The notes beneath the pieces are model-generated. The model saw only the letters and a list, made by a program, of their open reading frames with translations, made no database searches and was not told the origin of the DNA. This document shows positions 55,011 to 64,000 of a stretch of 64,000 nucleotides of DNA, one piece after another (the first letter of the stretch is position 1; each line of letters starts with the position of its first letter). The DNA is from Naegleria gruberi (taxonomy: Eukaryota). The stretch lies in NCBI GenBank assembly GCA_000004985.1, contig GG738905.1. The stretch is one strand, 5' to 3'. Both the position numbers and the translations under genes were made by a program.

Positions 55011-58000
55011 ATGTCTAGTTTATGGCCTTCATTGGTGTTGCTGGTTATGTGTTTGATTTCTCTCGTTAGTGTTACTACTTTACATGCACAAGTGAACACA
55101 AAACCAGTTGACTACTCAATTACCACAATTATTGGTACTTCTGGAGATGGAGCAAAGGCACTCAATGTTGGTATTTATGATGGAAGAGGATTGGTTGCAG
55201 ATAATAGAAATGGTAACATTTACTATGCAGATGGATTGAATTCTCAAGTAAGATATTTTGACACTAATGGAATATCACATCTCTTTGCTGGTTCTCCTGC
55301 CTATCAATATGGATCTCCTTCTGATAGTTTAGGTTTTGCCAATGATTCACTGAGTCTTCCATATGGAGCCGCTTTAAATTCAAAGGGAGATGTTTTCATT
55401 GTAGATAGTAGTCAAAATAGAGTGAAGAAGGTATTTTACAATTCAACTATCAATGCATTCAACATGATTACTGTTGCTGGCGGTGGTTCATCATTGGCAA
55501 GTGGCATTCCTGCTCTCTCAGCAACATTTACTGCCCCAAGATGTATTGCTGTTTCACCTGATGATGAAGTTTATGTTTGTGATGCTTTTAATTACTTGAT
55601 CAAAAAGATTGTAAACGATACTATTTACAATGTGATTGGAACTGGCATCAAAGGAAATAGCGTTGATGGAACTCTTGCAAATAATACAAAGATTAGCAGT
55701 CCTAGTAGCATTGCTTTCCATCCAATAACTAAAGAACTATTCTATTCTGACCTACTCGCCAATGTCATTCGCTACATTGCTAGAAATGGATCAGTATATA
55801 CATACGCTTCAATAACTAGTCCTAGGACAATTGTTTTCAATTCAAATGGCGACATGTATGTCAGTATTTCAACAGCCAATCAGATCATCAAAGTTGTGAA
55901 CGGTATAGCAACTGTGATTGCTAATAGTTTGTCTACAAACGGATTCAGTGGTGATGGTGGTAATGCTATAAGCGCTTCATTGAGTTTTCCATTTGGCTTA
56001 GCTATTTATAATAACAGTTTATATATTTCAGATTCTTCGAACTATAGAATTAGAAAAATAGATTTGACCTCTAACATTATTAGCACTGTTGCTGGTGATG
56101 GTTCTAAACAATATTCTGCCAGGTATCCTGGTTATATCTTAGACGTTCCACTCGCCAGTCCACTATCAACATTTTACAATTCACAAACAGATGAATTATT
56201 AATGGTAGATAATAACAGAGTATTGAGACTCAATTCTTTAACAAACTACAAAAATTCTCTAATTGAAAGTATTGCTGGAAATGGGGTGTTAGCTGTAGAT
56301 GTTGATGGTAAATTGGGAAATCAAACTTCTCTCAATTCTGCATGTTCAGTCTTCCAGTCTGAAGCAACAGGAGATATTTATATTGGCACAGTAGGATCAG
56401 TACTAAAACTATCTAAGAGCAATCAATTGGTTTCAACCATTGCTGGAACAATTTCAAAATACACAGGAGATGGTTCCTCTGCAATTCAAGCCCAATTAAA
56501 TGGACCCACTGGTGTTGCCATATCACCAAATGGAGAAGTTTACATATCTGATTCAAGTAATGATGTTATTAGAAAGATTGATACAAATGGTGCTATCTCA
56601 ACTGTTGTTGGATCTAGCTCAGGATTCTTGGATGCATCAGCTCGTAGAGCACAACTTGCAAATCCTATGGGTATTGCTTTTCTGCCTAATGGTGACTTGA
56701 TTATTTCTGATGCTAAGAATAATAGAATTAGAAAATTCAGTATCAGCTCAGGAAATGTTACAACAATTGCTGGAACTGGTTTAACCACGTACAATGGGGA
56801 AGGCCTTGTTGGAGTTGCAACAAATATCAATTACCCTACTGGTATTTGTGTTAACAGTAGTAATTCAGAAATTTTCTTTGCAGGTTTGTTTTACTATTCG
56901 ATTATTTTAACACTTTTTCACAGATACCTTCAATTACAGAATTAGAAAAATAGATTCGACAGGAACTATAAGAACAGTAGTAGGAACAGGTTCCTCATCA
57001 TACACTGCAGATGGACAAAATGGAACATCAACTTCTGTTTCAGCTGTTGGCTTACAGATACATCCAATTACAAGAGAATTGTATTATAGTGATGGAGCTT
57101 TTATTAGAAGAGTTGATTCTAAAGATGGCAAAATCTATACAGTCATTGGTGGTGGAAATACTTATTCAGCACTCAGTTTAGCCAACTCTACATACTTGGG
57201 TATTGTTCGTAATTTTACATTCTCCCCAAATGGAGATATTTATGTGAGCTGTCCTTCTTTTAACGTTATCAAAAAGATGGACTATGGCTCCAACATTGTG
57301 TATAATGTGGTTGGAACTGGTAGTACGGTTCTAACTGGAGATGGACCTGCCTTATCAACTTATTTGTCAAATCCTGGTGGATTGGCTGTAAACACTAATG
57401 GTGAATTGATTTTTGCAGCATCTTCAGGATTATCAAATTATGATGGAATTAAAAAACTTTCTGGTGGAATGGTAGCAACAATAGCAGGTGGAATTGGAGA
57501 TGGTGGACTTGCAATCAGAGCAAACATTGGAAAGGTTTCAGCAATATCAGTTACTGACACTGATATTTATCTTTCAGATCAAGGCAATAACAGAATTAGG
57601 AAGATTTCATTATCGACTGGTATCATTTCTTCAGTTGTTGGTGCTTTTTACAGTACTGATAATGGTGATAATTTGGCTAATCAAACCAACATTAATTTAG
57701 TCAATGATGTGAGAATTAGTACTGGTGAAATAGTATTCACTGATTCTGGACATAATAAGATCAGAAAGACAGATCTGTCCGGAAGAGGTAAAGTGATTAC
57801 AATTGCAGGAAATGGAAGCAGTCAAGCAATAGTTTCAGAAAACGTATTGGCAAGTGAAGCGTATTTGAATAATCCTGGATCAATTGGTTATTTATCAACT
57901 GGTGAACTGATTATTACCGATACTGGAAATAATGTTATTAGAAAGGTTGGTTTGAATGGAAATATTTCATTGATTGCAGGTCAATATTTCCAAAGTGGAT

Positions 58001-59535
58001 TCAATGGAGATTCATCAAATGCCAAGAGTTCATTGTTGAGCAATCCAAAGGGTCTTTCAATTTTGAACGATGGAAGAATTGTATTTGTTGATAGTGGCAA
58101 TTTCAGAGTTCGAATGCTCACACCATATTGTCCACAAGGATACTACTTGACCCAAAACTCCAATGGTCTTGTTTGTAACTTTCTAACCTGTTTTGGAATT
58201 GCAAGCAATGATTCGAAAGTTTGCTCAGGAAATGGCGTTTGCCAATCGTTAGACTCGTGTTTATGTTCAAATGGATATAGTGGTGTCAATTGTAACCTTG
58301 CACCTTGTTTTGGAATTGCCTCTAATATTCCACAAGTATGTTCTGGAAGGGGAGTTTGTCAATCATTGAATAATTGTTCATGTTCAATGGGTTACTATGG
58401 TGTGAATTGCGAATTAAAAGCAGATAACCCTACGATTAATGTGACAACATGCTATGGAATTGATTTCAATAATTCAAACGTTTGTTCAGGAAGAGGAATT
58501 TGCCAATCATTGAATAATTGTTCGTGTTTCACAGGATATTCGGGTTTGAATTGTTCTGGCGTGGTTTCAGATAACTCCAATACGTCTCCAAATTCATCAA
58601 ATTTGACAACTTGTTTTGGCATTGCATTCAATGATTCTACTGTTTGTTCAGGAAGGGGAATTTGCCAATTATTGAATAACTGTTCGTGTTTTTCTGGTTA
58701 TTCAGGATTAAATTGCTCCAAAGATAGTACAAAGAATGATGATAATTCAAATGCAGATTACTGCACTCTGTATCCAAACTCGTATGTTTGCTCTCCTCTC
58801 TCATCCTTTAACACAACCGAAACTCAGATTACCAAAGTTTCAAATATTACTCAATTAGATTCAAAGACCATCCAATTTGCCTCAACTTCAACAATTTCCA
58901 TTTCTTTGCCATCAATCATTTCACAATATCTTCAAAATACTGACACATCACTCAAGAATGATTCAGTTCAAGTTGTCTCCTCAATTGCCGAAAGTAAGAA
59001 TTCAAATAGTGATGCAGCTGTCATTTCATCCATTGTTTCTTTGGTTTTATTGAAATCAAGTTCAAGTGAAAAGATTACAGTTCAAAATCTTGAACAACCA
59101 ATTTCACTATCGTTTGAGAATGTTACTCTAACAGTTTCAAGTATTGATACTTTGAATATTTCATGTGTTTATTATGAGGAGAATTCTAAAGAATGGAAAT
59201 CAGACGGAATGGAAACTGAGATTAAAAATTTAGAAATTCACAACCTTGCAGATGGAAATATCACATTAACACTCTCCATCCTATGTAACACCAATCACTT
59301 GACTTCATTTTCTGTAATTGACCAAAATTACAAGAAGGCAGCCACCAAACCAACACCTCAACCTGCTCAATCAAATCAACCAACCAAGGATGCTGAAATA
59401 CTTCAAGATAATACTGTTTTAATTGGAGCTATTGTAGGCGCAGTTGGAGGAGTATGTGTAATTGCAGTTGTCATCTCAATAATTATTATTGTTGTTTGTT
59501 TATTAAGAAAGAGGAAGAAAGAGGAAATAAATTAA
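55011..59535 (+). CDS. Large type-I membrane protein with an NHL-repeat beta-propeller region, five EGF-like Cys repeats and one TM anchor; 2 exons
   Basis: Signal peptide MSSLWPSLVLLVMCLISLVSV. Many NHL-type repeats follow (PxGIAxxxNGxLYISDxxNNRIRKI, about 20 copies across both exons). Then five EGF-like units (CFGIASNDSKVCSGNGVCQSLDSCLCSNGYSGVNC and variants), a Ser/Thr-rich stalk, the TM helix LIGAIVGAVGGVCVIAVVISIIIIVVCLL and the tail RKRKKEEIN. Exon 1 is 55011-56883 (GTTTGT donor), the 40-nt intron ends TTTTCACAG, and exon 2 is 56924-59535. The total is about 1490 aa. Confidence 0.65.
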
Positions 59536-59622
59536 AACGAATATTTTCATCTAACAGACTCCACAACAACTCATCCCTTAAAAATTCCTGCAAAAAAATA
59601 CCTTTCTCTCCCACCAAAAAAA

Positions 59623-60678
59623 ATGCAAATCTACAACTGCACAACTTCTCATACTGATGATTCACTATTATTACAAATGCACGATGATCAAGATCGGCCT
59701 AATACTGTGCTAATGTTATGTGATATACAACCTCATGATAGAGAACATTTACTTCATAAAGAATTAACCCTCAAATTTAAACAAGCCTCCGATCGTGTTA
59801 TTTTGATTACTAATTCTGTGGAAAGATTTAAAAAACATAGAAAGATTGATGAGAGATTGGTTAGGGACTTGGAATTTGCTTTTAGAGTGGTACAAATTGA
59901 AGGAACAGCACTAAGAAAATTGAGAAATCAAAATAGAAGAGTGGCACTAGCAGCTGTTCAGCAAAATGGAAATGCCTATTCCTATATTAAAGGTCCTTTT
60001 CAGAGGGATTTGGAATGTGTGATGAGTGCTGCTTTAACATGTGGTAATAATATTGCCATGAGAATATTGAATCAGGATACATTATCAGATGAAGAAAGAA
60101 TGGGAGTGATGAAACGATTATTAGATAATAGTAGAGTGAATGTAGTTAGGCTATTTCGATGCATGCCCTCTAGTTGCTTTACAAGCTTGAATTTTTGCAT
60201 AGAATTGCTTCCTAAAGTTAAGAATCATTTGTATGATGTAATGTTTGCTTCATTTTGCAGTGATAGAGACGCCTTATTACAACTATTAAGAAATTGTCAG
60301 ACATTTGATCATGGATTTCCAAATTTTGTGGGTAAAGGGTTATGGGATAAAGAATTGGTTTTAGAGATGGTATCTAGGGACGGTATTTCAATTGAACATA
60401 TACCACGTAACTTACAAGCTGACAGGGATATTATTCTGACAGCTGTGAAAAACGACGGAAGAGCATTGATGTTTGCACATCCTCCACATAATTCTGACTT
60501 TGAAATCGTTACAGAAGCTGTCAAGAGTAATGCAAGAGGGTTTTTTTATGTTGATAATGAATTAAAGTCATCCAAGAAGTTTATTGATATGTGTATGAGA
60601 GAAAATCAAGAAGGATTTAGTTATTTGAGACAATACGATCATGAGGTAGAGAGCGGTTTAAGAAAGTTTGGTTACTAA
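59623..60678 (+). CDS. DUF4116-like helical-repeat protein
   Basis: 351-aa ORF with repeats NQNRRVALAAVQQNGNAYSYIKGPFQRDLECVMSAALT and NLQADRDIILTAVKNDGRALMFAHPPHNSDFEIVTEAVKSNARGFFYVDNELK, of the same type as the 13278 and 43149 genes. Confidence 0.5.
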   Translation: MQIYNCTTSHTDDSLLLQMHDDQDRPNTVLMLCDIQPHDREHLLHKELTLKFKQASDRVILITNSVERFKKHRKIDERLVRDLEFAFRVVQIEGTALRKLRNQNRRVALAAVQQNGNAYSYIKGPFQRDLECVMSAALTCGNNIAMRILNQDTLSDEERMGVMKRLLDNSRVNVVRLFRCMPSSCFTSLNFCIELLPKVKNHLYDVMFASFCSDRDALLQLLRNCQTFDHGFPNFVGKGLWDKELVLEMVSRDGISIEHIPRNLQADRDIILTAVKNDGRALMFAHPPHNSDFEIVTEAVKSNARGFFYVDNELKSSKKFIDMCMRENQEGFSYLRQYDHEVESGLRKFGY

Positions 60679-61237
60679 TTGCCCACAGTATGAGGTTGGA
60701 GGAATGTTTCTGACATTTATTTTGTTTTATGGATTCATTTCTACTAGTGATTAAAAACTGAATTTTTCAATTACTTCCACATGAGATGTACACTATCCAA
60801 TTTCCATTTTTTAAATCAAGCAAAACGTTCATCCATATTAAGGCTGCTGATAAAACCTTTATGGTTTTCATACAGAGATCGTATCGCGTGAAGGAAACGA
60901 TGTTGTAAGTAGAAAATTCAAGACGAATGGTTAAGATTAATTTCCAAAAACGAAAGAAAATGTTCCCAAACAAAAGAAAAATCAACTGTTGTCAAGAATC
61001 ATGAAACAATTCATTTACATCAACTAGTGTAGAATATTTCATTTATTTGGCCGATTAACTCTCCTTTTAGAATGCGTACTATTTCCATTCTGAGTTTTAA
61101 AAGTCAAGACATTTCATGTTTTTTAAAGCAACCTAAACTCTTCGAAAAAAGCGATCTGTAGTAATGAACTAGACATAATTCAGAGATTGGTTGCAGTTTC
61201 GAATACTCTGGTCCAATAAACAAACATCAAAAAAACA

Positions 61238-61696
61238 ATGAGACAGCAAACAGAGAACTCCAAGAAAAAGTACAGCAAATTTTCAATTATTGAGTTTGCT
61301 TCATCAACTAGCTCGCTAAAGAAGGAGAATCATAAAGTTTCGAATACAAATTCATCCACATTAGAACACTTGCCAAAGAAGAGAGGAAGACCAACAAAGA
61401 ATACAACCACCAAATCGAACAAAACATGCATGTTCATAAAATCAACTGAAACAATACATGCGTATCATCTTCCAAGATACCATCCATACATGCGTGTAAA
61501 TACGAAACTGAACCAAACTAATTCTTCACTTGTTAATAATGTAAATTGTAAAGATTCATCCTCTTGCTCTTCAAGATCATCCTCACCACCTACAACACAT
61601 TTAAATTCTCATACAACAAACACTAATTGTAACTCTGTAATTTATAAGCAAAGAATTGTAAGAACTTCAATCTCCATCAGAGAATTGTTAAATTAA
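61238..61696 (+). CDS. Small AT-hook-containing Ser/Thr/Asn-rich protein (tandem paralog A)
   Basis: 152-aa ORF with PKKRGRPTKN (AT-hook GRP core), a conserved middle (CMFIKSTE...RYHPYMRVNTKL...VNNVNCKDSS) and C-terminus KQRIVRTSISIRELLN*. Confidence 0.4.
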   Translation: MRQQTENSKKKYSKFSIIEFASSTSSLKKENHKVSNTNSSTLEHLPKKRGRPTKNTTTKSNKTCMFIKSTETIHAYHLPRYHPYMRVNTKLNQTNSSLVNNVNCKDSSSCSSRSSSPPTTHLNSHTTNTNCNSVIYKQRIVRTSISIRELLN

Positions 61697-62708
61697 GGAT
61701 TTTCCATAAGAAATAAACTAATCATTAAGATCTACTGAATTTTACCACCACATAGTATCTCTGTTGAAGTAAATCTCGTGAAGTCTATTGAGATTTCGTT
61801 TAGTTTCGTTTGATAACAAATGAAAAGATCTCTAAAAAACTACAAATGTTATTTCTGTCATTAGAGAGTATTTCAAATTTGAGATATTTAAGCTCTCGGG
61901 AGATTGAAATTTGTTTTTTGAAAATATACACCCTAACATAGTTAGTTCACCTATCGGTTTTGGAATTAACCTTAAACCAGACGAATCATAGAAAGATTGT
62001 TGAGATTGGTATGATTTGGTGCCCTGTTGGACTTCCAAGAGATGTCATCCTTACATCTAAAGCATCAGAGAAAATTGAATCTTATGGAAGAAACCAAACT
62101 AAACAAACAACAAATTAACAAGTCCTCCTTTGTAAATACTCAATATTATCACTTGACAACAACGCATGTTGATAATACTAAACTTGTTGACACCTGTGTT
62201 ATTCCTTTGTAATACAACCGAAAACTAAAACAAACGAAACATTACAGGACTTGAACCTGAAAGAGAATTATTGAACTAATAAACACTTGTGCACTAAACA
62301 GGCAACGTAGCAGTACCTTTTACTTTCCATTTCCAATCTAGCGTACCATTTCCTTTTTAATTATTATAGATTTCTGACATTATTAAAATTCAAAAGTGGA
62401 TCTTCTCTCCCAAGATTTAATTTCACGTCATCTCAACAATTTTATTCTTGGTAATGGTAATGTCTATAAATTTGAGATCAAAACCTGTCATCTGTTTCGA
62501 ATAAAATTAACAACTTTCATTATAAAATAGAGATTATGCGCTTATTTTAAAGTCTCGAAAAGAAGAAACTGGATGTATAAAACAAGCAACAATAGTAACA
62601 AAGGCTCAATGAACCAGAGATTGTGAAGGTTTCGTATATTTAATCGAGTCAGTCTTCACGCATTTCAACAAACAAACATCAAAAAAAACATCATAGAAAT
62701 ATCAGAAA

Positions 62709-63140
62709 ATGTACAGCAAATTTTCCATTGTTGAGTTTACATCCCAAACTTTGTTAACGAAGCAGAAAGAGGAAATGAACAAAGTTTCGAATATGAATTC
62801 ATCTACTTTAGAACACATGCCAAAGAAGAGAGGAAGACCAGCAAAGAATACAACAACCAACAACAAGTCGAACAATACATGTATGTTCATAAAATCGACA
62901 GAAAGCTTTCAAGCATTGAGCTTTCCTTCAAGATATCATCCCTACATACATGTAAATACGAAACTGAGTCAAACCACCACATCCTCACCTCTTGTAAATA
63001 ATGTAAATTGCAAAGATTCATCATCTTCCTCTTCCTCACCGCCTACAACACATGCCAACACACTTACAAATGGTAACTCTGTAAATTTTAAGCAAAGAAT
63101 TGTTAGAACTTCAATATCTATCAGAGAATTGTTAAATTAA
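62709..63140 (+). CDS. Small AT-hook-containing Ser/Thr/Asn-rich protein (tandem paralog B)
   Basis: 143-aa ORF about 60% identical to paralog A with the same blocks (PKKRGRPAKN, CMFIKSTE, RYHPYIHVNTKL, VNNVNCKDSS, KQRIVRTSISIRELLN*). The 5' leaders also match (acaaacatcaaaaaaa). Confidence 0.4.
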   Translation: MYSKFSIVEFTSQTLLTKQKEEMNKVSNMNSSTLEHMPKKRGRPAKNTTTNNKSNNTCMFIKSTESFQALSFPSRYHPYIHVNTKLSQTTTSSPLVNNVNCKDSSSSSSSPPTTHANTLTNGNSVNFKQRIVRTSISIRELLN

Positions 63141-63380
63141 TAAATTTGCAGTTTTTAAAAATTGAGGTGATGAATCTGAGTCTTGAAACAATAGAAATAT
63201 AATATAAAAAATGAGTTTGAATCAATTTTATATAAATTTATATCATATTCTATTATTTTACAATAGATTAAGATTTAAATGTTGTTATTAAGGTTGAAAA
63301 CATACATCGACTTGACAGCTTTTTACTATTCAAAATTTCAACAATTTACTTGAAAAGCTAATTTTGCAATTCAAAAAAAA

Positions 63381-64000
63381 ATGCAACAAGATGAAGAGAG
63401 AAATTTCTTTTCCTTGCTGAGCAATAATTCGGAAGAAGAATGGATGAATCATCCTCTCCTATTAATTTTCCTCATGATGAGTTTAATATTCGCCTTGTTC
63501 ATATTTAATTACAAGAAGAAGAAAACAATGAATAACACCATGATACAACAAATTGAAACTCTTGATTATTCATCAGTTGAAGAACAAATCAATGATGAAG
63601 ATGATGAAGAATTAATCAATGATGAAGACGATGAAGTAGAACAAGAACTTTCGAAAGATGAAGAATTACTTGCAAAAGTATCATCAACACAATTTGCAAA
63701 GGAAGAAGACACTTTAAATTATTCCATTTCGGAATCATCATCAGATGAAGAAATTGCACAAGAAGAACAACCGACAATAACAGAATTCAAGCAGGAATCA
63801 ACCACAAGAAGAACCTCAAGGAATAGTACTAATACTGATGAAGAAGCTCATGCAATTTCCTCTTCAACAACAACAAACATTGAAGCAGCAATTAATCATA
63901 ATAGATTGTTATTGCAACAATTGCAAAATTCATCCTCATCCTCTCATCAACACGTTTCAGCAACCTCATCTCCTCAGAAACAACAGCAGGGACATTTGCT
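63381..64000 (+). CDS. 5' part of an ORF running off the window end (acidic, Ser-rich, with one hydrophobic segment)
   Basis: ATG at 63381, open to the window end (206 codons). LLLIFLMMSLIFALFIF is followed by acidic D/E and S-rich low complexity. Truncated by the window. Confidence 0.3.
   Translation, partial: MQQDEERNFFSLLSNNSEEEWMNHPLLLIFLMMSLIFALFIFNYKKKKTMNNTMIQQIETLDYSSVEEQINDEDDEELINDEDDEVEQELSKDEELLAKVSSTQFAKEEDTLNYSISESSSDEEIAQEEQPTITEFKQESTTRRTSRNSTNTDEEAHAISSSTTTNIEAAINHNRLLLQQLQNSSSSSHQHVSATSSPQKQQQGHL

Overview
This window is eukaryotic nuclear DNA, not prokaryotic, and I found no CRISPR array, operon-type defence island or clear transposon. The DNA is AT-rich (roughly 30-35% GC by eye), with short GT-AG spliceosomal introns of about 40-150 nt that have AT-rich interiors and often TTTCAG- or AATAG-type acceptors. 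TAA, TAG and TGA are all used as stops. I count about 45 protein-coding genes on both strands, most interrupted by 1-3 short introns, so the six-frame ORF track fragments many of them; I merged exons where donor, acceptor and frame all agree. Coding genes include:
- a divergent histone H4;
- a cystatin/stefin;
- an SH3BGR-like glutaredoxin-fold protein with a Pro/Glu repeat tail;
- a short-chain dehydrogenase (SDR);
- an RsuA-type pseudouridine synthase;
- an oligopeptidase B (PtrB-like S9 peptidase);
- a CorA/Alr-type Mg transporter;
- a metallophosphoesterase;
- a PH-C2-RhoGAP protein;
- Snf7/CHMP4, TMEM14, a calmodulin-like EF-hand protein and eIF1/SUI1;
- a very large NHL-repeat + EGF-repeat type-I membrane protein;
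- several F-box-like/LRR proteins;
- two divergent G-alpha-like proteins;
- three 7TM receptor-like proteins;
- three proteins built from degenerate ~24-aa helical repeats (DUF4116-like), one fused to a protein kinase;
- a Lys/Cys-rich secreted repeat protein;
- an Asn-sequon-dense repetitive secreted protein;
- a possible class I terpene synthase.
There are five tRNA genes: Lys-UUU, Glu-UUC, Asn-GUU, Gly-GCC, and an Ile-AAU-like gene carrying an 18-nt insertion at a non-canonical position. There is one 50-N assembly gap. The gene content is reminiscent of amoebozoan or protist genomes, but I cannot verify the organism. The most interesting features are a signalling neighbourhood of degenerate G-alpha paralogs and 7TM genes, the DUF4116-like repeat-kinase, the tRNA with an odd insertion, and two unusual secreted repeat proteins. 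Intron boundaries were derived by eye and may be off by 1 nt.
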